The notes under the pieces: generated by a model
What the model was told of the DNA's origin: nothing
The model's input: the letters and a program-made list of their open reading frames with translations, nothing else
Database searches by the model: none
Assembly (NCBI GenBank): GCA_001803415.1
Contig: MHDC01000040.1
Span: forward strand, 21,869 to 85,868
DNA from: Microgenomates group bacterium RBG_16_45_19
GTDB lineage: Bacteria > Patescibacteriota > Microgenomatia > UBA1400 > RBG-16-45-19
DNA: 64,000 nt
Direction: 5' to 3'
Position numbers and translations under genes: made by a program
Shown here: piece by piece, positions 10,445-23,442 of the stretch
How the letters are laid out: every line of letters starts with the position of its first letter
Position numbering within the stretch: position 1 is the first letter of the stretch

Positions 10445-11260
10445 ATGGCTTTACACATCTCTATCGCCGCTGAAACGCTCTTTCATTTGGGCCCGGTCGC
10501 CATCACTAATTCTATTTTTACTAGTTGGCTTGTCTCGATTCTGATCATTTTAGTGGCCTTGAAATTCCATTATTCGACTAAAAGCGAAACCAAGCCGACT
10601 GGCTTACAAAACTTATTGGAAATGATTGTTGAGGCTTTTGAAAATCTCTGTAACTCTATTACTCAAAGCCGATTAAAAACGGCCGTCATTATCCCTATCC
10701 CTTTTGCCGCTTTTTGCTGGATTCTCCTCAACAACTGGTTTGGCTTACTGCCCGGAGTCGGCACTTTAGGTCTCACCGAGCCAACCGAACCACCCCAAGC
10801 TGCCTCACCTTTTTCGGTTTATGCCAAGGAAACTGAAGGCACTTCAGCCGAATCAGCTACCACTAAATTTGTGCCCATCTTTCGTGCCGGTACTGCCGAT
10901 CTTAACACCACTTTGGCTTTAGCTCTTGTTTCCGTCGGCGCCACCCAAGTCATCGGCGTTAAATTTGTTGGTCGTAGCTATTGGACTAAATTCTTTAATC
11001 TTAAAGGTATTTTTTCCTTTGTTGGTTTACTCGAATTCGTCTCCGAACTCAGTAAAATTGTCTCTTTTGCCTTCCGTCTTTTTGGCAACATTTTTGCCGG
11101 TGAAGTTCTTCTAACAGTTATTATGTTCCTGGTGCCTATCCTCGTCCCGGTCCCGTTTATCGGTCTGGAGTTTTTCGTCGGTATTATCCAGGCATTAGTT
11201 TTTGCCATGCTGACTATAGTCTTTATGAATATCGCTTCCGCCCATCAGGGGGAGCACTAA
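10445..11260 (+). CDS. atpB: F1Fo ATP synthase subunit a
   Basis: NNWFGLLPG, TADLNTT, essential Arg in FRLFGNIFAGE, and IQALVFAML. Confidence 0.96.
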   Translation: MALHISIAAETLFHLGPVAITNSIFTSWLVSILIILVALKFHYSTKSETKPTGLQNLLEMIVEAFENLCNSITQSRLKTAVIIPIPFAAFCWILLNNWFGLLPGVGTLGLTEPTEPPQAASPFSVYAKETEGTSAESATTKFVPIFRAGTADLNTTLALALVSVGATQVIGVKFVGRSYWTKFFNLKGIFSFVGLLEFVSELSKIVSFAFRLFGNIFAGEVLLTVIMFLVPILVPVPFIGLEFFVGIIQALVFAMLTIVFMNIASAHQGEH

Positions 11261-11286
11261 ATTATCGTTATAGAAAGGTGTCGTAA

Positions 11287-11526
<240 letters not shown>

Positions 11527-11541
11527 AAAAGGGAACCACTT

Positions 11542-12033
11542 ATGGAAATCGAATGGACTCAAATATTAATCCAAATGGTCAATTTTGGTTTGATTGTTGT
11601 TGTCCTGACTAAGTTGGTTTATAAACCAATTGTCAAAATCCTCAGCCAACGGACCGATCGTATCGCCTCGAGTCAATTGGACGCCGACAAAACCCGTCAA
11701 CAAAACCAAACCACCAGTCAAGCCGCTCAAGCCGAATTGCTTAAAGCCAAACAAACGGCTGAACAAATTATTCGTGAAGCTCAAAAAGAAGCCCGAGCCG
11801 ATGCCGCCAAAATCTTAGCTGAGGCTAAAATCCAAGCTAAAAAACAAACCGAAACCGAGCGTCAGCAGTCTCAGGCTGAAATGAAAGCGGAAAAAAAGTC
11901 GGTTCTGGGAAAATTAGCTACCTTGGTGACCCAAACCACCGCTCAGGTCCTACAAAACGCCTTATCATCGAAGGAACAACACCAAATTATTGCCTCGCAA
12001 CTCAAAATCATCAAAGGAGTCCGCTTTGACTAA
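11542..12033 (+). CDS. atpF: F1Fo ATP synthase subunit b
   Basis: N-terminal TM (QMVNF...YKPI) plus coiled coil, at the expected operon position. Confidence 0.93.
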   Translation: MEIEWTQILIQMVNFGLIVVVLTKLVYKPIVKILSQRTDRIASSQLDADKTRQQNQTTSQAAQAELLKAKQTAEQIIREAQKEARADAAKILAEAKIQAKKQTETERQQSQAEMKAEKKSVLGKLATLVTQTTAQVLQNALSSKEQHQIIASQLKIIKGVRFD

Positions 12034-12280
12034 AACCAAACCGGCGACTGCTCCAGTTTTCGTGACTGTGGCCTCGGCTGTGCCCCTGACGCCGGCCGAA
12101 CTGGCCACTCTCGCCGACCTCTTAAGCCGTCAATTAGGGTCCATTACCCTTAAACCGATCGTTAAACCTCAACTGGTGGCCGGCCTGACGCTCACCGTGA
12201 CCGATCGGACGCTCGATTTATCCATCAAACATCGTTTGGAATTACTCCAACATCAACTTGCTCCTCATGCCCAGTCCTAA
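12026..12280 (+). CDS. atpH: ATP synthase delta subunit, C-terminal domain only
   Basis: VTVASAVPL...[22 protein letters not shown]. Likely TTG start at 12026 after AAAGGAG. Confidence 0.85.
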   Translation: MTKTKPATAPVFVTVASAVPLTPAELATLADLLSRQLGSITLKPIVKPQLVAGLTLTVTDRTLDLSIKHRLELLQHQLAPHAQS

Positions 12281-13787
12281 ACTAATTGACCAGCTGACTC
12301 AGTCGCTTAAAGTCGCTCCTTCAAAACCGACTTTTACTCAAGCCGGTACCATCATTCGTGTCGGTGACGGCATTGCCCTGATTTCCGGCCTGTCCGAAGC
12401 TCGGATGAGTGAACTTTTACTCTTTCCTGGTGGGGTTCGTGGCTTGGTTTTAAACTTGAATCAAGACTCTATTGGCGTGGTCATTTTGGGTAGCGACCTT
12501 CACCTCAAAGCCGGTGACTCGGTTTGGCACACTGACCAACAGTTATCCATACCCGCATCGAAACAGCTGCTTGGTCGGGTCATCACCCCCTTGGGTGATC
12601 CTTTGGATGGCGGTGATCCGATTGTTCCGGATCAAATTATGCCGCTTGAACGTTTGGCTCCCGGAGTCATTGATCGCCAACCGGTCTCGGAGCCTCTCCA
12701 GACCGGTATCAAAGCCATCGATAGCATGATCCCGATCGGCCAGGGTCAGCGCGAGTTGATTATCGGTGACCGTTCTACCGGTAAATCGGCTATTGTCCTC
12801 ACCACCATGATTAACCAACAAGCCGAAAACGTTATTTGCATCTACGTCGCCATCGGCCAAAAGCGCTCATTCGTCGCCCAAACCATCGACACCCTTAAAC
12901 GCTTTAATGCTATGCCTTATTCGATTATTGTCTCGGCTTCGGCTTCCGATCCGGCCCCCTTACAATATCTGGCTCCTTATGCCGGTTGCGCCATCGGTGA
13001 ATACTTTGCTCAAAAAGGTCTTCACGCTTTGGTTATCTACGATGATCTCTCTAAACATGCCTGGGCTTACCGGGAAATGTCGCTCCTTCTTAGACGACCG
13101 TCCGGGCGGGAAGCCTATCCCGGTGACGTCTTTTACCTCCATTCGCGGCTGTTGGAACGGGCAGTCAAGTATTCCACCAAACAGGGTGGGGGTTCCCTGA
13201 CCGCTCTGCCTATAATTGAAACCCAAGCCGGTGACATCTCCGCTTATATCCCCACTAACGTTATTTCCATTACCGATGGTCAAATCTTTTTAGATACCGA
13301 TATGTTTAACGCCGGTCAGCGTCCGGCGGTTAATTTGGGTATCTCGGTTTCCCGCGTTGGTGGTGCTGCTCAAATCAAAGCTATGAAGCAGGTGGTCGGC
13401 TCTCTCAAAATTGATATGGCCCAATTCCGTGAACTAGCCGCCTTTGCTCAATTCTCCTCTGACCTCGATCCTCAGACTCGGTCTCAATTGGAACGCGGTC
13501 AACGGATTACCGAGATCTTAAAACAAGGCTGGGATGAACCAACTCCCGTCGAAGATCAAGTCGCCGTCTTCCACGCCGCTGCTACCGGTTTAATCGATCA
13601 AGTCCAAATCAATTTAGTCAAAACCTGGGAGACCAAGTACCTGGCCTTTCTCCACCATCATCATGCTGATCTGTTAAAAACTATTCACTCCCAAAAAACC
13701 CTTTCCCCGGCTCTGCTGACCGCCCTCAAACAAGCTTCCGACGCCTTCTTAAAGCAGAATCCCGAACTCTTAATCACTCCAGACTAA
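12267..13787 (+). CDS. atpA: F1 alpha subunit (operon 1)
   Basis: [27 protein letters not shown] and [10 protein letters not shown] at 12267 preferred as start. Confidence 0.97.
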   Translation: MPSPKLIDQLTQSLKVAPSKPTFTQAGTIIRVGDGIALISGLSEARMSELLLFPGGVRGLVLNLNQDSIGVVILGSDLHLKAGDSVWHTDQQLSIPASKQLLGRVITPLGDPLDGGDPIVPDQIMPLERLAPGVIDRQPVSEPLQTGIKAIDSMIPIGQGQRELIIGDRSTGKSAIVLTTMINQQAENVICIYVAIGQKRSFVAQTIDTLKRFNAMPYSIIVSASASDPAPLQYLAPYAGCAIGEYFAQKGLHALVIYDDLSKHAWAYREMSLLLRRPSGREAYPGDVFYLHSRLLERAVKYSTKQGGGSLTALPIIETQAGDISAYIPTNVISITDGQIFLDTDMFNAGQRPAVNLGISVSRVGGAAQIKAMKQVVGSLKIDMAQFRELAAFAQFSSDLDPQTRSQLERGQRITEILKQGWDEPTPVEDQVAVFHAAATGLIDQVQINLVKTWETKYLAFLHHHHADLLKTIHSQKTLSPALLTALKQASDAFLKQNPELLITPD

Positions 13788-13790
13788 CCT

Positions 13791-16083
<2,293 letters not shown>

Positions 16084-16094
16084 CTGCTGACTTT

Positions 16095-16526
16095 ATGCAG
16101 CTCAAATTGGATATTATTACCCAAGAAAAGCATCTTCTTTCCGACACTGTTGACCAGATTACCGCTCCGGCCGCTACCGGTGAAGTCACCATTCTACCCA
16201 ATCATATCCCTCTATTTACTCGGCTAAATGACGGCATTATCCGCTACCGTAAGGGAACGACGGCCATCGAATATGCCGTTCTCGGTGGTTTTATGGATGT
16301 CGCCCCCGGTAGCCACGTCACCATTTTAGCCGACTCGGCTATCCGCTCAGCTGACATCAATCTAGCCAAAGCCGAAGCCGCCAAAGCCAAAGCCGAAGCC
16401 GCCCTCCAAAATAAACAATCCGAAGTCGAGTTCAAGCTCGCCGAAGCCGCCCTGCGTAAAGCCCTCTTGGAATTGAAAGCGGCCCGCCGTCATCATGGCT
16501 CTAACCCCTTACCGTCTGCTGCTTAA
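16095..16526 (+). CDS. atpC: F1 epsilon subunit (operon 1, full length)
   Basis: GEVTILPNHIP, GGFMDV and a C-terminal helical hairpin. Confidence 0.94.
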   Translation: MQLKLDIITQEKHLLSDTVDQITAPAATGEVTILPNHIPLFTRLNDGIIRYRKGTTAIEYAVLGGFMDVAPGSHVTILADSAIRSADINLAKAEAAKAKAEAALQNKQSEVEFKLAEAALRKALLELKAARRHHGSNPLPSAA

Positions 16527-16529
16527 ACT

Positions 16530-17231
16530 ATGTCTTCACTCCCTCCAGTAACCGTCATCCATGGTGATGCCCTACTTCAGAGTCGTCAATTCTTCCATCA
16601 GCTCTTCACCCAAACTCCGGCTCAGACAGAAACCGTCCGTTTTGAAGGTAAGGATCTGGATTTAACGGCGCTAGTTCAAGCTTGTCAGTCAACTAGTTTA
16701 ATTGCTTTAAACCGTCTCATCATCATTGAAAACCTCTTCCACCCATCGGCTAAAGCCAAACTGGCTACCACTAGCGCTTATTGCCGCGAATTAATCCAAG
16801 GGACCACCGCCTACCCGTTAGTTATTTACGAGCCGCGCTTGCTAACCCCAGCCCAACTCAAATTAGTCCAGGGTGCCTCAGTCAAGAGCTTTAAAACTCC
16901 TCCAGTTGTGTTTCAGTTTTTAGCCAACCTCGCTCCCCAAAAACAGGCTCAATTTATTCCGCTCTACCAACGCTCGCTCAAGAAGCAACCGGCTGAACTG
17001 CTCTTAGCCATGATCGCCCGCCAAATCCGGCTGTTGATTCAGCTGGCTGATCCTGATTTACACTTACCCCCCTGGCAAATGGCTAAGCTTTCGGCTCAAC
17101 GACGTCGCTTTACAGACGAACAATTGACCGCCTTCCATGACCAACTGGTTCTTCTCGACCGTCGCGCCAAACAAGGCCAAATCACTGGTTCGCTTGGTCA
17201 GGAATTGGCCATGCTTTTATTAAAGCTGTAG
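16530..17231 (+). CDS. Short DNA polymerase III delta (HolA)-like protein
   Basis: Resembles HolA N- and C-terminal parts (CQSTSL..RLIIIENL, LLAMIARQIRLL, LDRRAKQG). Only 233 aa. Confidence 0.65.
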   Translation: MSSLPPVTVIHGDALLQSRQFFHQLFTQTPAQTETVRFEGKDLDLTALVQACQSTSLIALNRLIIIENLFHPSAKAKLATTSAYCRELIQGTTAYPLVIYEPRLLTPAQLKLVQGASVKSFKTPPVVFQFLANLAPQKQAQFIPLYQRSLKKQPAELLLAMIARQIRLLIQLADPDLHLPPWQMAKLSAQRRRFTDEQLTAFHDQLVLLDRRAKQGQITGSLGQELAMLLLKL

Positions 17232-17237
17232 TGTACC

Positions 17238-18668
17238 ATGATGAGGCGTATGCCTTTGGTAAAGCATATCAATCCTTATATTTTCCGCGGTTACGATTTA
17301 CGGGGTGAAGTCGACCAAGACTTGAACGACGATGTCATGTATACTCTCGGCCGGGCTTATGCCACTTTCCTCTGGGAACGAAGAATCTCTGAAGCTGCTG
17401 TCGGTCGAGATAATCGTCTCACTTCTGAAAATTATTCCAGGGCATTCATTCGTGGTTTAAACGAAGGTGGTATTAATACTCACGACATTGGCTTAAGTTT
17501 AAGTCAAATTGTTTACTACAGTACCTACTACTTTAGAACTAAAGGTAGCGTTATGGTGACTGCCTCCCACAATCCTAAAAATTATAATGGTTTAAAGTTG
17601 GGGACTGGTTATTCGGAAACTATGGTTTCTGAAGATATCCAATATTTTCATCAGTTAGTGACTAAAGGCCATTTCTCCGAAGGTAGCGGTACCAATGATT
17701 CCATCGATATTTTCCCAGACTATCTAAAACATTTACTAAAACATATCCACCTCAAGCGTTCCTGGAAAATTGTGGTAGACACCGGCAACACTACTTCCGG
17801 CCTTTTCTATCCAACCATATTTCGTGAAGCTGGTTGTCAAGTTGTCGAACAATATACCAACCTTGATGGTAATTTCCCCTTAGGCGCTCCCGATCCTACC
17901 AAAGAATCAGTCCTAAAAAGAGTCTCCAAAGGCGTTAAACAGGCACAAGCCGAAATCGGTTTTGCTTTTGACGCCGATGGTGACCGTATGGCCGTCGTTG
18001 ACGAAAACGGCTCGGTTTTATGGATGGATACAATTGTGGCTTTGCTCGCTAAAGATGTCTTAGACTTTTTACCTGGCTCTCCGATTGTCTATAACACTCT
18101 TTGCTCCCGCCAAGTTACCGAAGCCATTGAAAAAGCTGGTGGTAAACCGGTCATGTGGCTCACCGGCCACTCCTTTATCAAAGCCAAGGTCAGACTAGAA
18201 AATGCTCCTTTCGGCGGCGAACTATCTGGCCACATTTACATTACTGACAATTTTTACGGACATGATGATGGGGCTTATGCTTGTCTTCGTTTGATTTCTT
18301 ACCTCGAACGCACCCACCAAACTCTCTCCCAAGCCGCGGCTAAATTATCCCAATACCAATCTAGTCCGGAAATAAAATTTGGCTTAGCTGACGATCTTAA
18401 ATTTAAGTTCATTAAAAATACGATTACGCCTGAATTCAAGCAAACCTGGCCTAAGGCCAAATTTATTGATATCGATGGTATACGCTTTGATTTATCAAAT
18501 CAAATGGCCATCCTCCGCGCTTCTCAAAACGGTCCCTATATTACCTTAAAGTTTGAGCATAAAACCAAAGACGGTTATGAAATCTTAAAACGGCAGTTAA
18601 AAACCATCATGTCTAAGCACTCCGAAATCAACTGGTCCGAAGGTGTCAACACCCACGCTTTAGATTGA
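17238..18668 (+). CDS. Phosphomannomutase/phosphoglucomutase
   Basis: FRGYDLRG, VTASHNP, FDADGDR and GGELSGH. True start may be 17250. Confidence 0.95.
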   Translation: MMRRMPLVKHINPYIFRGYDLRGEVDQDLNDDVMYTLGRAYATFLWERRISEAAVGRDNRLTSENYSRAFIRGLNEGGINTHDIGLSLSQIVYYSTYYFRTKGSVMVTASHNPKNYNGLKLGTGYSETMVSEDIQYFHQLVTKGHFSEGSGTNDSIDIFPDYLKHLLKHIHLKRSWKIVVDTGNTTSGLFYPTIFREAGCQVVEQYTNLDGNFPLGAPDPTKESVLKRVSKGVKQAQAEIGFAFDADGDRMAVVDENGSVLWMDTIVALLAKDVLDFLPGSPIVYNTLCSRQVTEAIEKAGGKPVMWLTGHSFIKAKVRLENAPFGGELSGHIYITDNFYGHDDGAYACLRLISYLERTHQTLSQAAAKLSQYQSSPEIKFGLADDLKFKFIKNTITPEFKQTWPKAKFIDIDGIRFDLSNQMAILRASQNGPYITLKFEHKTKDGYEILKRQLKTIMSKHSEINWSEGVNTHALD

Positions 18669-18672
18669 ACCA

Positions 18673-19479
18673 ATGACCTCAGTTTTAGACCTCAAATCCG
18701 CTTTAAATTTCGCCCAAAACCTGGCTCAATCGGTCGGGGAAAAATTGTTAGCTATGCAAAATAATGTCTCGGTCGTGGCCTTTAAGGAACGTCAAGATAT
18801 GGTCACCACCGCCGACTATGCTGCCGAAAAACTGTACCTAAAAGCGATTCACCACCAGTATCCAGATCACTCCATTCACTCCGAAGAGCAGGGGAGTGAC
18901 CAAAAAAAATCTGATTACCAATGGATTATCGATCCCCTCGACGGCACCAAGGAATACCTCCGTGGTATCCCTTTATGGAATACTAACTTGACCCTGGAAT
19001 TACATCGCCGGCCGATATTATCAGTTATCTATAAACCGGATTTAAAAGTTCTCTTTGCCGCAACCAAAGTCGTGGGTGTTCTAGAAAATGGCCGGCAGAC
19101 TAAGTTATCCACGATCAAAAGTCTGTCTCAATCGCATATCTATGCTTATCTACCTAGTCAAGCTTCGGTCTTTCAACCACTGGCTAAACCATGGCAAAAA
19201 ATGGCTCAGCTTTCCCAACAGACTTACCGCCTCAGGGGTAGCTCAGAAGAAGTAGTTTCGATTGCTTGGGTGGCTATCGGTAAAATCGAAGCCGCGGTCA
19301 ATTTCTGCCGTTTTCCCCAGTGGTATGATTTTGCTTCTGGTCTAGTTTGTGCCCAAACCGCTGGCTGTCGGGTTACTGACCTCAATAACCAACCAATTGA
19401 TTCCCGAGGTCAATATCAAGGGTATATTATTTCTAATGGTCTAATCCACCAAGCTATTATTGATTCTATTACTGCTTGA
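18673..19479 (+). CDS. Inositol monophosphatase family protein
   Basis: VTTAD, SEE, WIIDPLDGT and WYD motifs. Confidence 0.9.
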   Translation: MTSVLDLKSALNFAQNLAQSVGEKLLAMQNNVSVVAFKERQDMVTTADYAAEKLYLKAIHHQYPDHSIHSEEQGSDQKKSDYQWIIDPLDGTKEYLRGIPLWNTNLTLELHRRPILSVIYKPDLKVLFAATKVVGVLENGRQTKLSTIKSLSQSHIYAYLPSQASVFQPLAKPWQKMAQLSQQTYRLRGSSEEVVSIAWVAIGKIEAAVNFCRFPQWYDFASGLVCAQTAGCRVTDLNNQPIDSRGQYQGYIISNGLIHQAIIDSITA

Positions 19480-19487
19480 GTCTGTCT

Positions 19488-20135
19488 ATGCCGCCAAAAC
19501 TAATCATCTACGATCTGGATAATACTTTGGTTATGACCCGGCCGGCGGCTAAGATTGGCTACCAGCAAGCCATTTACTTTATCGCCAAAAAGCACGGTCT
19601 TTACCGAGATCGGAATAAACTCTACCACCACTGGAAACGTCTAGTTCATAGCCTAAAGGTCGATCCCAAACCCTATAAACGTCGCTTTGCTTTCAGCCTG
19701 GGTCTCCTGTTGGATAAACACCAACTACCTCACACCCATCTTAACCAAGCCCTGCATTTGTATGAAAAAACGCTTCTGACTCACATTCGCACTGCCAAAG
19801 GCGCTAAAGAACTACTGTCCTCTTGTCATGATGCCAGCCTTAAACAGGTGGTCACCACCGGTTCTGACGCTGTCGAAGCCGTCCACAAACTCAAGGCCGT
19901 CTCCCTTTATTCCTTAATCGACCTGCTGATTACTGCTTTTGACATTGGCTCGATGAAGCCCCATTCCGATTATTACCTGAAACCGATGGCTCATTTTAAA
20001 GTTTCTCCCAACCAGACGGTTGTCATCGGCGACCATCAAGCCGAAGACATCGCCCCCGCCCTCAAGCTGGGCTTGACTGTTTACCGGGTCACGCCTCAAA
20101 GCCACCTCATGGAATTTCAAAAACACCTGTTTTAA
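19488..20135 (+). CDS. HAD-superfamily hydrolase
   Basis: IYDLDNTL, KP and IGD...EDI motifs. ATG at 19488. Confidence 0.88.
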   Translation: MPPKLIIYDLDNTLVMTRPAAKIGYQQAIYFIAKKHGLYRDRNKLYHHWKRLVHSLKVDPKPYKRRFAFSLGLLLDKHQLPHTHLNQALHLYEKTLLTHIRTAKGAKELLSSCHDASLKQVVTTGSDAVEAVHKLKAVSLYSLIDLLITAFDIGSMKPHSDYYLKPMAHFKVSPNQTVVIGDHQAEDIAPALKLGLTVYRVTPQSHLMEFQKHLF

Positions 20136-20156
20136 GTTAAACTTAAGTTATCCTTT

Positions 20157-21239
20157 ATGGATTCATTCGATCAAACCCTTTTAGATGATCCTACCCGCCT
20201 CGCCGCTATCGACACCAGTCAAGTCCTCGCCTCGATCGTGGCTTTACCTGAACAATGCCTGGATGCCGCCGCTCAAATTCAAAACCTTAATTTTCCTGAT
20301 CCTTATCGGTCGGTTAAGCGGGTTCTCATCGCCGGCATGGGCGGTTCCAACTTAGGTGGCCGGATCATCGAAGCCGTTTTTGCCGACGAACTGACCCTAC
20401 CCATGGTCCGTCTCCATGATTACCACCTGCCTGCCTGGGCCGATGCCCAAACCCTAATTATCTGTTCTTCCTATTCGGGCACTACCGAAGAAACTCTTTC
20501 GGTCGCCGCCGAGGCCATCCAACGTCAGTTACTTTGGACCGCCATCGGTACCGGTGCCGATTTGATAGCCTTAGCCCAGGCTCAGGCCGTCCCTTATTAC
20601 CAAATTCAACCAACTCACAACCCTTCCGATCAACCCCGCCTGGCCTTGGGTTATTCCCTGATTGGCCAACTCCTGATCCTGGCCAAACTGGGTTTAATCA
20701 ACCTCCCGGCCTCAGCCATTGACCACTTGGTTGCCGCTATGAAATTGGTAGTCAGTCAAAATCAACTGTCCGTTCCCTTGAATTCTAATCCTGCCAAACA
20801 ATTGGCCGTATCTTTGTATGGTCGTTTGCCAGTGCTTATCAGCTCCGGTCATTTAATCGGCACTACCCACAGTTTAAAAAATCAATTTAATGAAAACGCT
20901 AAAACCTTTGCCGCCTGTTTCGATCTGCCCGAGCTTAACCATCATCTCATGGAAGGTTTAGTCCATCCCTCGACCAATCCTCAAAACTTAGCCTTTATCA
21001 GTTTTCTTTCCTCCCTCTATTCCGAGCGGATCAGCCGCCGCTTCAGCTTGACTCAAGAGGTGATTACTCAAAACCACCTTCCGGTTTACCCTTATGCCGT
21101 TCCCGGCGACACCGAGCTAACCCAAGCCTTTACCGGTCTCCAATTCGGGTCATTCGTGATCTTCTATTTAGGCATGCTTTACCAGCAGGATCCGGCGCCG
21201 ATTCCCTGGGTTGATTACTTTAAAGCCAAATTGGCTTGA
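20157..21239 (+). CDS. Bifunctional phosphoglucose/phosphomannose isomerase (SIS domains)
   Basis: GMGGS, SYSGTTEET, QPR, QFNENAK and PELNHH motifs. Confidence 0.92.
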   Translation: MDSFDQTLLDDPTRLAAIDTSQVLASIVALPEQCLDAAAQIQNLNFPDPYRSVKRVLIAGMGGSNLGGRIIEAVFADELTLPMVRLHDYHLPAWADAQTLIICSSYSGTTEETLSVAAEAIQRQLLWTAIGTGADLIALAQAQAVPYYQIQPTHNPSDQPRLALGYSLIGQLLILAKLGLINLPASAIDHLVAAMKLVVSQNQLSVPLNSNPAKQLAVSLYGRLPVLISSGHLIGTTHSLKNQFNENAKTFAACFDLPELNHHLMEGLVHPSTNPQNLAFISFLSSLYSERISRRFSLTQEVITQNHLPVYPYAVPGDTELTQAFTGLQFGSFVIFYLGMLYQQDPAPIPWVDYFKAKLA

Positions 21240-21261
21240 AAACCATCACTGTCTTTTTCTC

Positions 21262-21290
21262 TTGATAAACGGCTGGTTAAAACTTACAAT
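21262..21290 (+). promoter_or_regulatory. Sigma70 promoter upstream of the glycolysis/fermentation gene block
   Basis: TTGATA, 17-bp spacer, TACAAT. Confidence 0.65.
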
Positions 21291-21344
21291 GAAACTTAGC
21301 GCCGCCCCTTTTGATCGGCGCCTATTGTAATGGGAAAATAGGCC

Positions 21345-23432
21345 ATGCCCGACCTGCCCGCCTTTGTTCCTTTAGCTGACCTACTGCACCAGGATAATCT
21401 TTACTGGGATCGTTTCAGTCGCGGCCGTTTGACTGCCCTGCGCTTAGGTTTAGCCACCCCTCGGACTCTGGTAGTGACTGCGGCGGCTTTTCGCCACTTT
21501 ACCGAAGCGACTCACATCGCTGGCCAAATTACCAGTCAACTACGTCTGCTCGACCCTTCTGATCCCCAGGCTGTGGCGGCTCTTAGCCGTCGGTTACAAC
21601 CGCTGATCCTTGATACCCCGCTACCCCGGCCATTATTCACCCAGTTGTCACAGGTTTATCGCCATTATTTACGGCACAGTCCGGTTGCTCTGGTCACTGA
21701 TCCGCTCCGATCTCCGCCGCGATCCGGTCCCTTGGTTTACCGGGGTGACAGCTGGCTGGCCACTCAAATCAAGCAGGCGTGGTCTGCCTGGTATACCCCT
21801 GATCACCTGCATCAGACTTTACTGGCTTCTTCCTGGTTACCGCTGCCCCCAGCTACCCTGCTGACCGCCTATCCTCAAATCGAATGGTGCGGGATTTTAA
21901 CTACCGCTCAGCCCTGGCGGGAGCAAAAGCAGTTAGCTGAAGCGACGCTGGTTTACGGGGCTTCATTTGGTGCCAAGCCCAATCATTTACTCCCTCATCG
22001 TTATCTAATCGATCGCCCCTCACAGAAACTGCTCAGTGCTCAACTCTTACCTCAAACTCAAGCCTATCAGCTCGACCGTTCTGGCTGCCTCAAACTCACC
22101 CCGCTACCCCACCGCCTTTCCCTCCGCTTGAACGAGGCTCAAATTAGCACTTTAGCTCAGGCGGCCCACGTCTTCCACCATCATTGTCTTTTACCCCAAG
22201 TCATTACTTTTACTTTAAACGGTCACCAGTTGCTGATTTGGTCAGTTACTCCCCTCGAACCTGTTCCCGACCCGGTCTCGCCTCGCCTAGCTGTAACCGC
22301 CAATCTGGAGTTGCTGGCCTCGGGTACACCCATCTCTCCAGGGATCGTTTCCGGACCTCTAAAACTCCTATCGAGACCAACTTTATCCAGTCTGGTGCCA
22401 CCGGGCACGATCGTTTTCCTCAAAGATTTACCGCCCCGACTCTGGCCGATTATCCGACCGGCGGCGGGTTTACTCACCACTGATTTAAATCCCTTATCTC
22501 ACAGCGCCATCTTGGCCCGCGAATTAGGTTTACCGACTATCTCCCAAATTGCCTCTAAAAGTTTACGTCGTTATCAGGGTCAAATTGTCACCCTTGATGG
22601 TCAGCGAGGTAAACTTTATCGGGGTGGTCTCACCTCAAGTCTGGCTGTGTCCCCTCCACAAGCACCGGTTTCACCCCGCTCTTTTCGTCTGGCTACCAAG
22701 ATTCTGCTCTCGACTCAAGCTTTTTCTACCCCTGAGCTTTTAACCGCCGCTGGCCTTTGGGTCAACCGTCATTCTTTCCTTAAGTCACCCCCGAATCTCG
22801 ACCACGCTTTGGCCAGTTTGGGTGAACGACCCCTTTTTTACCAACTTCAAGTTTCACCTGACCCTGACCTTCATCAAGAAATTGCTATCCTTTTAACCGC
22901 TCACCAACATTTTCCCACTGTCCCGGTGACCGTCGTTTTAACCGCAGTTCACAGTCTGTTTGAGCTCACCCAAGCCAAAAAAAGCTTAGCTGCTTTAGGT
23001 TGGACACGCCAACCTCACCGCCATCTCGGTTTAAGCTTAGACACCCCGGCGGTCGTTTTAGACGCTGACCGTTACGCTCGCCAAGGTCTGGACTGCCTCA
23101 GTTTTAACGCCGATCAACTTTTACCCCATTTGTTTGGGGCTGATCCGGCTAACCCCGTTCCTAATCCTGCCTGGCAAAACGAAACCGATGCCGTCGTCAC
23201 TCTCCTTGAGTACTTCCTTAAACTCAGCCATGAACTCAACCTGCCCACTTATGCTTTAGGTTATGTTTTTGGTCAAGCCTTTCACTACCTCCAGGTCCTC
23301 GTCGCCGGTGGTATCACTGGCATTGTCACCACTCCGCCACTGCTTGACGCCTTAACCAGCCGTCTTTATCAAGCCGAACACCGTTATCTCCGCCAATCCC
23401 ACCCACCATTAGCCATAAGCCATAAGCCATAA
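21345..23432 (+). CDS. Degenerate PEP synthase-like protein with intact phospho-His swivel domain
   Basis: Collinear with ppsA and keeps SHSAILARELGLP, but lacks the GGKG and RSS..ED ATP-grasp motifs. Confidence 0.75.
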   Translation: MPDLPAFVPLADLLHQDNLYWDRFSRGRLTALRLGLATPRTLVVTAAAFRHFTEATHIAGQITSQLRLLDPSDPQAVAALSRRLQPLILDTPLPRPLFTQLSQVYRHYLRHSPVALVTDPLRSPPRSGPLVYRGDSWLATQIKQAWSAWYTPDHLHQTLLASSWLPLPPATLLTAYPQIEWCGILTTAQPWREQKQLAEATLVYGASFGAKPNHLLPHRYLIDRPSQKLLSAQLLPQTQAYQLDRSGCLKLTPLPHRLSLRLNEAQISTLAQAAHVFHHHCLLPQVITFTLNGHQLLIWSVTPLEPVPDPVSPRLAVTANLELLASGTPISPGIVSGPLKLLSRPTLSSLVPPGTIVFLKDLPPRLWPIIRPAAGLLTTDLNPLSHSAILARELGLPTISQIASKSLRRYQGQIVTLDGQRGKLYRGGLTSSLAVSPPQAPVSPRSFRLATKILLSTQAFSTPELLTAAGLWVNRHSFLKSPPNLDHALASLGERPLFYQLQVSPDPDLHQEIAILLTAHQHFPTVPVTVVLTAVHSLFELTQAKKSLAALGWTRQPHRHLGLSLDTPAVVLDADRYARQGLDCLSFNADQLLPHLFGADPANPVPNPAWQNETDAVVTLLEYFLKLSHELNLPTYALGYVFGQAFHYLQVLVAGGITGIVTTPPLLDALTSRLYQAEHRYLRQSHPPLAISHKP

Positions 23433-23437
23433 GCCAT
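23406..23437. repeat. Heptamer tandem repeat (CCATAAG), about 4.5 copies, spanning the stop codon
   Basis: CCATTAG CCATAAG CCATAAG CCATAAG CCAT. Confidence 0.85.
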
Positions 23438-23442
23438 CTTAT

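Noticed and set aside
23406..23437. CRISPR array
   Set aside because: These are contiguous 7-mers without spacers, and no cas genes or repeat-spacer arrays were seen anywhere in the window.
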